From Chlorokybus atmophyticus (taxonomy: Eukaryota; Plantae; Mesostigma and Chlorokybus algae): DNA of 64,000 nt. The translations under genes were made by a program, and so were the position numbers. This document shows positions 34,999 to 47,422 of this stretch, piece by piece. The stretch lies in contig RHPI01000671.1 of the NCBI GenBank assembly GCA_009103225.1, positions 127,531 to 191,530 on the forward strand. The letters run 5' to 3'. How positions within the stretch are numbered: the first letter of the stretch is position 1; each line of letters opens with the position of its first letter. Below the pieces are notes generated by a model, which had not been told where the DNA came from, ran no database searches, and saw nothing but the letters and a program-made list of their open reading frames with translations.

Positions 34999-37127
34999 AT
35001 GCCGAGCGGCACGTTGGAAGTGCAAGGTTTGCGTTGTTTCCATTTACAAAGCCGTGGTTGTGTTTCTCATCATTTGCCCCCTTCATGTGTGGCCAACTGA
35101 CCGTTGCTATGCGCTTGCCTCCGCCGCAGCCAATGGGGCGGTTCACCTGCATGACACCGAGGTGTTTGGTGAGTAGAAAAGCTGCGTCTTTATCGGTTGA
35201 AACGTGTTCTTGAGCTTTTTGTCTTATTTTAGTGCTTGTTTGTTTTGGTCGTCAACAGGGCGGCAGGACCCCTACTGCATAGTCCAAGTGGGGCAGGTGC
35301 AGTTCCGCACAAGGACGCATACAGGTAGGAATAGGGTTTGTGACTTGACGTCATGGCTTGCACCGAACGCACGCAAGGGGGCCACACTGTTGAGGCATTA
35401 AGTGCTTGCCATATGCGAAAAAGCCTTGCGTTAAGCTAGCTCATTGCATCCTAGCATGTGCCTTCAGGGTGTGTCAAGGCAGGTAGAATGCAGCCCAAAT
35501 GCGCAGGTAGAATGCAGCCCAAATGCGAAAAGCATGTCTAGTTGATGTATATGCTCCTGCGTCAGATGGGCTGTTTTGGCAGCTTCAATTTCTTCATTGG
35601 TTGGTTGATAACTCGTAGACAAGCCCCTGGCTTGCAGCTATTTCCGCGCTGTCGCAGAGCATGCCTTGCGCATGTCACAGCAATGCCACATGCCTCCTAA
35701 CATGTTCATTTTGTCTGCCAACCTGCAATGTGTGTTTTGAGTTGGCATACACCATCACTTTTTGATTGCACGCGCATGCAGATGGTGGTCGCAATCCTCG
35801 CTGGAATGAAAAGTTCACGTTCCAGGTACAAATTCCAACCACAAATGCCTTGCGCAGGACACGATGACCGTGCTTGCGTGTGTCCATGTATGTGCGAGTT
35901 AATATTGGTGACACAAAGTGTTGATGAAGGTTCCTGAAGGGGTGGGTGACATGGGTGTGTTTGTGTACAACGCCAACAATGTGACTGCGGATGACATTAT
36001 TGGAAGCAGCAGGTATGCCTGTAACAGCCATTGCCCACGCTAACGACCATGCGGATGAACATGGCGTGACAGCTGCTGCGTTTTGCCTTGTAGGGTGAAT
36101 TTAAGTAACGTTTTCAGCCGGGGCTTTGAGACAGCATCATACCCGCTTCAATCACGAAGCAACAGGTGGGTTTCAACCGCGTTTTGCGTTTGCTTCTGCG
36201 TGTGCGTGTTTGTGTGTTTAACCAGCGCGCACGAGAATGTGCACTGAATGGTTTGTGACTTGTGTAAAGCAGAGCTGCTGGAGATGTGCAGATGGTGCTG
36301 ACATTCACGGTACGTATCAAACTATGCATACGTTGCCAGCATTAACATGAATGCCCTACGTACTTTAAACTTCAACAATGTGACCATCTGCAGAGCGCCA
36401 AGCCACATGGAGGAGGAAGTGCTCATCCACAGGTGACTTCTTGGCCCTTGCTCTCACCATAATCCTTCCTGTTGAGGCCAAGCTCATGTTTTTTCTGTCA
36501 CATGCAGGGTTACGCCCAGCAAGCAGGCTATCCCCCTCCTGCATACAGTGCGGCTCCAGGGGGCTATCCACCTTCCGCGCCAGCGCCGTACCCGCAGGCG
36601 GTGGCGGCACCCGTATACACTGTCCCACCGCAAGCAATGTATGCGGCGGGCTACCCGCCCCCGCCGGCGCCAGCATACCCGCCGCAGCCTATGGCACCCA
36701 TGTACCCACCACCGCAACCCGGATACGGTGAGGACACTGTCTAGGTTGTGTGTGCAGCTAATTTGCATGCGTGCACGTGTGTATATGCGTGTGCGCGCAT
36801 GCCACCACCGCAACCGGCTACAGTGAGGAAAGAGTGCGTGCGAGTGTGTGTGCAAGTGTGCGTGTGTGTTTTGTTCTCGAGTGCTCGTGACAAGTTCATC
36901 TCAACAATGCAACTGTTCTGTGTGCAGCCCCGGCGGCAGCATATCCTTTTGGGGGTTATCCACCTCCGCCAATGGCTCCTGCCATGTATGGGGCCCCAGC
37001 GATGTACGGGGCACATCATGGGCCATCGGGTTATGGACACGTGGGCCACGGGTACAAGCACGGCCACAAGCACTCCAAGAAGAAGTGGAAGAAGTGGAAA
37101 AAGAAGGCAAAGTGCTGCATCCTGTAG
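34999..37127 (+). CDS. C2-domain protein with a Pro/Tyr-rich tail, His/Lys-rich end and CaaX motif
   Basis: MPSGTLEVQ|ANGAVHLHDTEVF|GRQDPYCIVQVGQVQFRTRTHT|DGGRNPRWNEKFTFQ|VPEG...VYNANNVTADDIIGSS|R..., then YPP repeats, ending HKHSKKKWKKWKKKAKCCIL* (TAG 37125-37127). Confidence 0.88.
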
Positions 37128-37849
37128 CCTCCATGCTGCCTAACCCTTTTCTCACATCACTTGTAATGCCAGTACTGAGTGCATGTGTTGGCACATGGCA
37201 CCAACAGCCCATAGCTTCTGCTTTGAGTACACGTATATTTCAAACATGAGAACATCACGAAAATACTACAACAACACCACAACAATAACGCAATGTCGCA
37301 TGCGGCAGAGCTGAGATTTTCTGCTTGCCACGCAGTGAGGATGCGAGTGTGGGAGACGCCAGGCAGCAGATGGAGTTGTAAGAGCGGTCGTGTGTAGTAG
37401 TCAGATGGTAGCCTCGCGCGCAGGAAACATGACAGGAGCAGTTTGTTCACCAATAACACCTTTGCTTTCATTCAGTTCAACCCAATTATTCTGGACAGTT
37501 GCTGGGTATGGTGCACAGAGCTTATGGCAGTACATTGTCAAGCACTGTGACAGTTCAGTATCGTGTGGACACCATATCATGCCAATGGCACGTTATAGGC
37601 AAAATTCCTTGCCTTGAAGCCTAGGCCAGGCAAGCTTGCAGAAAACAGGGTGATGCACTCACTGCGCAATGGTATGAATGAGCTGAGCTCCTGCCGGCAA
37701 TCCATATGCTGCGCTTGCGGTCGCCTTCATACTTCATCGCAAAAGGCTGTTGTTGGCAGACTCAAAGCGTCACTTGCCAAATACTTGCAAGCAGCCAAGT
37801 CTTCGCCAGTCAAACGTGAAACAGAAGTCCTTCTGTGAACGCTCTTGCT

Positions 37850-38057
37850 TCAATGCTGCTTGGCTGCAGCAGCTTCCAGCGCGCGCTTGCGGTCCCTCAG
37901 CATGGCATCCAGCTCGTCTGCGCTTGGGGGCCGTGGACCCTCCGGCGGGTACACCACGTATCTCCGCTGGAGGATAAGTAGGAATAAGACACCATGAACC
38001 ATCGAGACGGACGATATCATGCACATGCGTGCATACTCGCACGCACACGCGCACGTG

Positions 38058-38112
<55 letters not shown>

Positions 38113-38560
38113 GAGACCCACATGCAAAGCGAGCCAGCCTCAGTTGAGCACTAGACACAAAACTTGATGACGACAACGACCACAACCACGCCAATTGTGG
38201 TTAGTGACGACAACCACATTAGTCGGTGTGGTTAGTAGTGGCAAACAAGAGTGTTGTAGTCGTCACTGACTACAACAATTACAATTGTTGTCCTCACACC
38301 CAAGATCACAACAACCGTTGTCGTCACTAGCCACAACATTGACAACAGCAGCAGTTGTGTTCTTCCGGATTCGACCAGTGTAGGCCAATGCCAGGCCCGG
38401 ACATCCATGCATGCATGCACAGCTTGCTTACGTTTTCGATAACGGATTCGAGGTTGGATGGCGACGCGACGAAGAAAGCTGTGAGTGAGACGGGAATGGC
38501 CAGGTACACCCCGAACTTGAACACCTCCAGCAGCTTCTTCGACGCCGACTTGCTCGCCAT
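37850..38560 (-). CDS. PET100: PET100-family cytochrome c oxidase assembly factor
   Basis: Two exons (38560-38432, 37966-37850): MASKSASKKLLEVFKFGVYLAIPVSLTAFFVASPSNLESVIEN|RRYVVYPPEGPRPPSADELDAM..., matching the LEVFKF and YVVYPPEGPRPPS motifs. Confidence 0.88.
38061..38111. repeat. (AG)n microsatellite in the PET100 intron
   Basis: Uninterrupted agagag run. Confidence 0.97.
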
Positions 38561-38885
38561 ATTACGGCGCTGTATGCACTACTCACAAAACAATAGCACT
38601 CCAATGCTGCTATGCACTGCACTGGGCCTCTCGGCCTGGTCTGGCCTAGTCTACCAGAACACACCAGCCCAGAGCAGCAACTTCAGGCCAGGACACCCCA
38701 GGCGCCGCTCTCTCAATCTTGTCGTCGCACGCAGACACTGCTAGGTCTACTACCGTGAGCTAAGCCTAGATCAGGCTGTGCTGTATGCCCTTGGCCCAGT
38801 CTGCTCTGCTCTGCTCTGCTGTGGTCTGGTATGGTCGACTGGGCAACGTGTAGGGTTTCATTGTGTCACCCACTAGGCGACGGTG

Positions 38886-41513
38886 ATGGCGATGGCGGCG
38901 GGGGTGTCCGTGGGGGTGACTCTCTTGTGGCCGTCCACGCGAGCTGCTGCTGCCTTGGCTCTGCGGCCAGCAGCAGGTCATGCGGCAGCGGGGTGTGGGG
39001 ACAGGCGGCCAGCGCTGAAGGTGGTTGTGAAGCGGAAGCCGTCTGTGGAGTGCCGCAGCTCAAGGCGAGATGGTGGACGGCTGCTGCGCTCTCCCACGCC
39101 CGTTTGCAGAGCAGGTCAGGGGGTGGTGAGACGGTAGCTGGTGTGCATGTTGCTGGCAGAGGGATGTGTGTGATGGCGTGGGAGCGCATTGCTCATCGAC
39201 GTGCATGCAACAGCCGTGTGCTCCGCCAGCATCCTACAGTGGCATGCATACGAGTGTGCATGCTTGCATTTAGCGTGCATTCCCTGATCCCTGATCTATA
39301 TGCATGCACTCCAACCGCACGCATGCCTGCATGCATGCAGGCAAGCAGGCTACTACAGCATACCGTCAAATGATAATACTACACTACTGCAGCATGAGAT
39401 GAGGCTGTCTTATTGCCGACCGCGTATTACTGAAAACATAGCTCTGACGATGCTGTTCGTATGTGCTGACGACGACTATGAATGTTGACCCGTACTCCAA
39501 ACGTATGCACTTGGCGTGCCACCTGGAGTGCATATTGACGTGGAACCTTGACTTTGACAGCAACAACGAGTGCTGCCACCGAACAACCGCCACTCGACTG
39601 GTCGACATTTGACAGCTGGACTCAGGTGCTACCTCAATCCGCACTGAGTGCACTATTGAACTTGTGACCGTTCTGTTGCTGTTCCGGATCCATTTGGCCA
39701 AGCATCAATCACCACTGTATTGCAAGCTCTCTGACTGAATTTGCATGCTGGCAGGTTGGCGAGTGTCGAGTACTCGCACCCCCTCGCAGGCTTCTGAGCG
39801 CACCGCGCGGAGTCATTCACTTTCTTGGCGGCGCTTTCATTGGAGCTATACCTGAAGTCACTTACAGGCACAGTCTTGAAGCCACCTCAGTGCACGCAGC
39901 TTCTTGCTGACTTCATGCATAGTTCTGGAGACTTGGATTCATGCGTTACAAATTGTATGCGCGTGCATCTCTCATTGCAGGTTTTGACGCAGGACAGTGT
40001 TGGAAGGGCTTGCAGCAGACGGTTACGTTGTCATCGCAAATCCCTTCAGGCTGACGTTCCGACACGTTGATTCCTGTCAAGAGGCTAATGACCGCTTCAT
40101 GGCCACATACAATGCTCTCTGCGCACAAGGTCAGGCCTAGACAGTCGCCTCTTGTGGCTTTGTTGTCATGTACTCAAAGCACTCAGCTTAGCTGTGCGTT
40201 GTTTATCACAGGCTTCACCACTCCACGAGGCACTGCCGTGGATATTGCAAGCCTGCCTGTGTATGGGATTGGACACAGCAATGGCGCACTGCTTCACCTT
40301 CTTATAGGTATACGCATGATGTTCCCCATGGCGAGAGGCGTGTACACACCTCAAGCTGCTTGTATATGCTGACCAGTCTTCCTCCCTGTCGGTGTAGGAG
40401 CTGTGTGCAGCAATGTCAATGTGCAAGCCAATGTGCTCATCTCATATAACAACAAGCCTGCCGCAGATGCCATCCCATTTGTAGAGCAAGTGAGTACTTG
40501 CCTGTGCCACGATCAACATATGGGTTGGGACACACTGCTATATTACAAAAATGTCAAATCCCACATTTAGGTGCTTCCTTCCGTGGGGCAGCTGGCGCCA
40601 TTAATAAACTCCATGCGTCCTGGTCAATTCGCGCAAGACGCCGTACGCCAGCTTGGTGAGATTGAGCGCCAGCTCGCTCTCACTGGGCTCACAGTGTCCA
40701 AGACTGCGCGAGACATTGTGCCGGTGTTGAATCAGATCATACCTTTTCTGGAAGAGGTGTTGGTTCCTCTCAAGCTTGTGGGCTTGCCGCAGCTATGCGC
40801 TATAATCCCGCTCAAGCGAGGAATTGCACTTGTTGTTAGGCTGAGAGGTTCTCTTGTTCAGGTGCAAGCGGGTCAGGCGGAGTTCTACCCACCCCCGGCG
40901 GAGAGTTTGGCGATGATAGAGCAGCAGTACAAGATTCCTCGCACGCTGTTGGTGCGCCATCTGTTCATTCCTTAAAGCAACGGATTAGTGTTTGTTAGTG
41001 TATCTGCACGCCACCAAGTCGTGACCATCCGGTTGTGTGGCAGGTTCAATTCTTGGATGATGGATTGGATGAGACACCAAAGATTGTGCAGGCGTTCTCT
41101 TCAAGGGGAATCGACTATGAAATCATGATGCTTGGTGGGAGTCATCTGACTCCAGTGTCTCAGGTATCTTATGCCGCACTTTTGGCTTTGTATTGTAGTT
41201 TTCGCGATCTGCATATCAAGTTAGCCAAACAAACATGTCATGGATACCGCCACTAGGACTTTACTGTTGCACAGCCGTAGTATACAAGATTACAACTACG
41301 CCAGCAGTTAGCATTCGCAATCCGTGAATATGCATCATTTGTGCATTTTTAGGCATGCATTGATTCATGCGTGCTGTGTTGCAGGAGGCCAAATGGCAAA
41401 TTGGCCCTGTGTTCACACCAGTTGATGCGATTGCGCAAGCGTTGCGCTCGCAAAGCTCGCGTGAAGTCAAGGCGCTGCAGATTGAGATCAGGAGGTGGTT
41501 GCGCTCCCTGTGA
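38886..41513 (+). CDS. DUF1350-family protein (alpha/beta-hydrolase-like), probably plastid-targeted
   Basis: Ala/Arg/Ser-rich transit-like N-terminus; GVIHFLGGAFIGAIPEVTYR|TVLEGLAADGYVVIANPFRLTFRH, LPVYGIGHSNGALLHLLIG, NVLISYNNKPAADAIP, QFLDDGLDET, LGGSHLTPVSQ; TGA 41511-41513. Confidence 0.88.
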
Positions 41514-43616
41514 TGTGCGTAGTTAGGTGTTGTACAAAAGGGGTATGCTGCTGTGTAGCTAGACAAACCCTGTTTGAAATTAGTTAGCTATGACATCGTC
41601 AATTGATGGTGTTGCAAATGATGACTCTAGTGGGCTAGCACAAAATGTAACTTGATGATTGTGTAACAAGGCAAGCGCAGAGTCTTGTTGATGCTTGTCG
41701 GTATCATACACCAAATGCACAGTATGCGGTATGCATAGGCTATTGTCGTCTATATGGAGAGATCGCGTGCATTGGCCCCTCGAGGAAAAGATGAAGGTAG
41801 TTCAAATCTTGTTGTTGTATGCGTGCGCGCGTGCGTGCAAGGTAGCAAGCTAGCCACAACCAACAAGGGGCACACAGAGCACAGCGCCCGTGTGGGCAGG
41901 TACTAACCTTCTGCATGCTTGTATGTCTAACGGGGCGGGCTAGTTGTAGCACAGTATAGCAAGCGGCCTTACCGATAGCCCGGTAGTAAATGTTATGTAA
42001 TGAGTTGTGAACGTTGGTGTGATGCATGTTGTGCACATAATCCGCACACCGTGTATAAGGAAAATAGAGGGGCCCCCAGTCAACATGCATACAGCACACA
42101 AGCCATCACATTAACCAGCAACACCACAACAAGTATGCATGCTGGCACAGTACCATACCCCTTATATACACCTTGGGAAGGGTAAAGATAAAAAGCTGAG
42201 ATCATTGCACCAATGTAACCCACCACAATCGAACACCCTCAACCCTTTAGCAAAGGTCGTCAATGCGGCGGCATATGAGGTACGTGCAATGCAGCAACCA
42301 GGGCAAGCAAGGTAGGAGGCAAAACAGAGCATTGTCATGCTCAATAGTAACAACAAAGCCATGCATGGCTTATATTTCGGAGCGTAAATTTTGGAGTATA
42401 TGTACCGTTATCGATGGGGAATCGCTATAGGACAATTGCATTAACATTGTTTATATTAATCAAAATGGTATTGTGTTGCATGATACATCCCGCTTGAAAA
42501 CTCCCATTGATATAGGGTAACAACGCATGCTGAAAAGGAACCAATTAATTCATTACTAATTCATAAATCAACGTTTCAATACCTGCAAACAAGTAGCAGG
42601 TAATTGCAATCATAGGCACGCATTATGAGCCTTTTACATTCATATTTAGCTGACCAACCCATAATAATGCACCAACAAGCATTTCAGCAGCACATGAAAC
42701 ACATTACCATGTGAATGTGCGGTTTTGAATTACAGTTGACGTTAACTGCGGTTGGTTGGGGTTATCAATCCACCTTTAACAGCTACAGCATACGGTGCAC
42801 TTGTGTGCGATCATGCAAGCAAACTACAAGATTGTCACTAAGGGCTATTGTTATTCATGCTTAATTAATACATGGTGTGTTAATAAACACATTATGGCTG
42901 ATGAATCGTAAGCGGATGGAAAATTGTTGCAATAGAAATTTACAATGCTTGTGCCTTTTAAATGTGACAAACAATTATTGCTTGTGATATTTTACAAGCG
43001 TAATGACTTGTATACATCAGATGATAGCAACAACGTTGTGCAAGTACGTGTTAATCAAAGGAAGCGATCATTATTCACAAGTCTGTCATATACAAATGCA
43101 CACATTAAATTGAACCGATTGTATTCACGTACATGCATCAAAGTCAACCATAACAACACTGGTAGTTAAGTACCGTTGATGATAGGACTCCCAAAAGCCC
43201 TTAATGTAAGTTCATTATATTATAACAATTACCGGTATCAAAAACACAATGCCCCATAATGTTGTCAACTAGAGTAACAATAAATTGCACAGCGCTAATT
43301 CCTCCCTGCGTGATTGGTGATGCAACATCAAGCCGAGGCAACGGCTACAAAAGCGGCCAAGCTAACCACGAACGGCGTCAGGCCGCCGGAGCCAATATTG
43401 CAGGACACGGTTAACCGAACCTTGTCTCTCGGTACAAGTGGGGAGCTGACCAAGGTACACGTGTAGCTATGCAGTTTGCAACAGCACTAACTGTAACAAT
43501 CGCGGTTAGGCTTGTCAAATGAATTCAACCGCTGTCGGTAGACGCCCTGTTGCGGCCTGCCCTTTCGTTGTGCTCCGCACTGCGGTGGCACGCTTGACAG
43601 CCGCAGCTGGGCGGCG

Positions 43617-43815
43617 TTAGGGTTTAGGGCTTGTTTGAGGTCGGGGCCCGACGAAGGACGTGCTGCCACGTGGCCCGGCGCCGCTGCCCTTGCCCCCGCC
43701 ACCGCCGCCGCTGCCTCCGCTGTGGACTTCGACAGCCGGGCGTAGACGCCGGGGATAACAGTCTTTATTTCCCCGGACTGGCTGGGTGCTAGGGTTTCTT
43801 GGCTAGATAGGGTTT
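43617..43815 (+). promoter_or_regulatory. Cluster of telo-box motifs upstream of the zinc-finger gene
   Basis: TTAGGGTTTAGGG 43617-43629, TAGGGTTT 43790-43797 and 43808-43815, within a CpG-rich stretch 110-310 nt before the ATG at 43924. Confidence 0.5.
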
Positions 43816-43923
43816 TGGTCCGTGGCTCAGTCGTCGTAGTTGTGGTCCAGCGTTTGGTAGTTTAGGGAGCGCTGTGCTAGACTGGACGTAACAACTTCCA
43901 ACATCCCTTCTTGTGATGCTGTC

Positions 43924-46206
43924 ATGGCCCTGCACGATGGTTACGGCAGCATGCCGTCTGGAGCGGTGAGTAGCATACACGGGTGTTGTGTTTGAACTAT
44001 GCTTTTAGGCTTCACCTGCCAGCTCAGGTCGTTGCCATTACGTTGCCCGGATGCTCTCTGCTTGTGGCTATTTACACAGCGTGCTTGCAGTCCTTTTGCC
44101 TCGTCTTGTCACACACTCAATTCCATCACATAAACCAACCGCACACAAGAAGTCAGCTACCTGCCACAATGTTGCTTGCACTTGGTGTTCACGCGTGCAT
44201 GGTTGCTCTGCGACATGCAACAAGCACGTCGTAGACGTGGTTGAGGCGTCAGCAACTTGTTTTGTATGCGTCAGTCGCTGTAGCTTGCGAGCATGTTCAG
44301 CTATTTTATTGATTTCCCAACGTTGCCACTGTACTGCACCTCACCAGTTATTTTGCTTTGCTGCAGCTGGCACTCGTCCATGAAGAACCCAAAAACATGA
44401 CGAGTGTCACCTGGAAGGACGGAAACGAATATGTATTGGTTTGTCCCACGCCTTACGACATAAGCACAGAGAACAAAGAGCATTGCCCTTTCATCCTACC
44501 TGATGGTCAGGTCTGCAATGCTGGGCCGTTCTGGCCAAGTCAGCTCAACTTTCATGCAAGGCGAGTTTTCTCGCTTCTTCCCGATTTCACAGTTACAATA
44601 GGTTGCATGCAAGCAAAAGCTGCTATTAGTTATGTAGCAACTGATCATGGTGTGCAATTGCAGAGCACACGCACCCGCTGGTGAAAGAAATGAGTTTGCT
44701 CTCACCAAGAAGATGCCGTCAATCTATCTCTGCCCGGAAGAGACTTGCAAGCACCACAAGCTGGAGGGTGCCTTCAAGGAGGCGAGGTCGCTTCGCAACC
44801 ACTACCAGCAGCACCATGTCCCCGCAGATCAGCATCAGTACACCTGCGAAGAGTGCCAGAAGGTGTTTAGCACCCCTAGCCACTTGCGCAAGCACATGAA
44901 GGTCCATGCAGAAGGCCAGTACGTCTGCATGTGTGGAGCCAAGTGCAAGTCGAAGTCGCGGTTGCAGAGTCATGTTGCTTCTCAGTCCAAGTATGGAGGC
45001 ACGCATGGCTTTGGTAAGGCTTCGCTGATGTGTTCCGCTTGGCTTTATTGTTGTCGCATTCCTTGGCCTACAGTCACTTATACTACTAGTCACACATGCT
45101 GTAATAGTCACTATCATTGGGATTATCTCATACCTTCTCTCACAGGTTACGCCATCATTGACGGTGTAGTGACATGGAAAGATGGACTCAAGTACCTCCT
45201 GGTGAAGCCGTCAACCATTGAGGTGGACATGGTGCAAAAGGAACTCTGCCAGTTTGTCCTGCCAGATGGCCAGGTCTGTGGAGCAGGTCCATTCTGGCCA
45301 AGCCAGCTGGGCTTCCACATGAGGTACATACTAGTATCTTCTCATGGCTGTTTGTCAACTTTGGATTGTGTCTGTTAGGCATTGGCTGACAGCTACTTGC
45401 AGGGCGCATACTTCTGGCATGAGTGACCACCAGAAAAGGGCTGAAGACAGCTCCAAGAAGCTGCCGGCTCTTTTTATATGCCCGGACGACAATTGCAAGC
45501 ACAGCAGAATAGACTCCGCTTTCAAGCAGGCGCGGTCGTTGAAAAACCACTTCCACCAGCACCATGTTCCTATCGAGCAGCATTCGTATGTTTGTGAAGA
45601 TTGCCATAAAGCTTTCAGCACAGCCAGCCATCTCAAGAAGCATCAGAAGATACATGGAGAGGGGCAGTATGTCTGTGTCTGCGGAGCCAAGTGCAAGTCA
45701 AAGTCGCGACTGGAAAAGCACATATCCTCGCAAACCAAGTATGGAGGCCAGCATGCCTTCGGTAAGTTGAAGTTGATTATGCCAGAACCTCTTGGCATAT
45801 CAGTCTGGATGACTGTGCTTTGCATTGGGAATGCAGGTACTCGTGGTTTGCATAGACGGTACTGTCATTCTGACATGAATTTGCTCATGTTGCAGCTAGT
45901 GTCCCTGAGTCAGCAAGGGCGGCCACCAAGCGCAAGGCAGACCAGCCGCCCGATGACGAGCCCAGCAGCACGATGGCCAACACCAGCGTGATGCATGGGT
46001 ACGGGCAAGACCCGCACATGCTGCACGCTGGCATGATGCTGCCACCCGCCATGCAGATGCAGCCGGGCATGCACATGATGCCGCATGGCATGATCATGCA
46101 CCAGCCCTTGTCGGCCGGCATGATGATGCCATCCATGGGAGCGTTGCCACCCCACTTGCAGCATATGCAAGCAGCTAGCATGCATGGCCATCAGCAGACG
46201 GCTTGA
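43924..46206 (+). CDS. C2H2 zinc-finger transcription factor with a tandemly duplicated IDD/WIP/STOP1-like four-finger module and a Met/Pro/His-rich tail
   Basis: Exon 1 MALHDGYGSMPSGA, then two copies of [WKDG..C-x9-C..GPFWPSQLxFH|xRAH...CPEETCKHH...HYQQHH...CEECQKVF...HMKVH...YVCMCGAKCKSKSRLQSH...H] with the same intron position and phase; TGA 46204-46206. Confidence 0.88.
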
Positions 46207-47422
46207 GTAGCTATTCTTGCGTTGCTGTCAGCTGACCTACCAGCGCACACTGTGCACAGCTCGTGCACACATCCAGGTACGCACCTCGTCAGGCATGCCA
46301 AGTGTGATGTCCAGATGCAATTTGTAATGAAGCTCTGCACGGCAGGTTTCCCTGTGGATTAGCAAGCGTTTGGCTTGGGTTGAAGTTTGCTGCAACCCAG
46401 GCGTTTGCAGCAAACCATACATGGAAGGGAGTTAGGGGCGATGCTGGAGGCAAAGTGTACATTGTTGTGTGAGTTCATTTACTGTACAGTCGCATTACCG
46501 GAGCTCTACTTTTGCGTGAGCACCAGGATCATTTGCTGAGTTGTAGTGCTGAAAGTTGATTTGAATGCACTGCGGCTCCATTGCTTTTGTCTCATGATCT
46601 TTGCCTATGCACTGCAGCTGCCCTATGCAGACAGTATGCTGTTTGCAATGTTTGTGACAGCAGCAGTAACCAAGAGCAGTTGCTCTGTGGTCTCACCCTT
46701 TCTGCGTCCATGTGAGGACTAATGTCACAACTGGAGAAAGTGACCTTGTAGTGAGTACTGTTGCTCTTTTTTCAGACGTGAACACTTCCCATTGCGTGCT
46801 TGGTTCATATTGGCATTAAACTCTCTCGCAACACTTCTTGGTCTTGAAGTGCCAGCATGTCCTGTATCTGTCGCATACGGTTTGCAGTGTGCTGGCTGCC
46901 TTTTCTAGTGTATCAACTTCACACGAGCTTTGCAAGCCGCCTGCAGTACTACGGGATGGTCGAATCCGTGTTGTGCTCGCGGTGGCAACACTTGTACATT
47001 TGTACATATCAGTCCTCCTGCTTAGGAGGAGGCGCTCATTATCTGCCTAGGAGGCTGGTCGCTTGGGAACACATCATCAGGTGAATACTGCAGTATACGC
47101 TTTGTCTACTGGTAGTCCGGGTCGATGGTGAAGTTGCTTATCTGTGTTGCATGGGGACCCAATAACGTTGTTTTAATTTGGCTTGAGAGCAGCTTCCGAA
47201 CTGTCGCCTGCTACACTCCATGGTGGTCACAATCACAGTCAGTGACTGCCAAGGCAAGCACAAAGCAAGTGCAGGAACAGCAGCTGGTTGCACGGATCAA
47301 AATACCACTCCTTACTGTCCTTGTTTATGAATAATTCATAAAAGCTGCATGGTAAGGATACACATGCAGCTTGCTCAATGCTGACTATCTAGCTAGAGCC
47401 TAAACAGGTTGCTGTGCTTGCT

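Noticed and set aside
43617-43629. Interstitial telomere or chromosome-fusion site
   Set aside because: Fewer than two full repeats, located in a promoter region; better explained as a telo-box.
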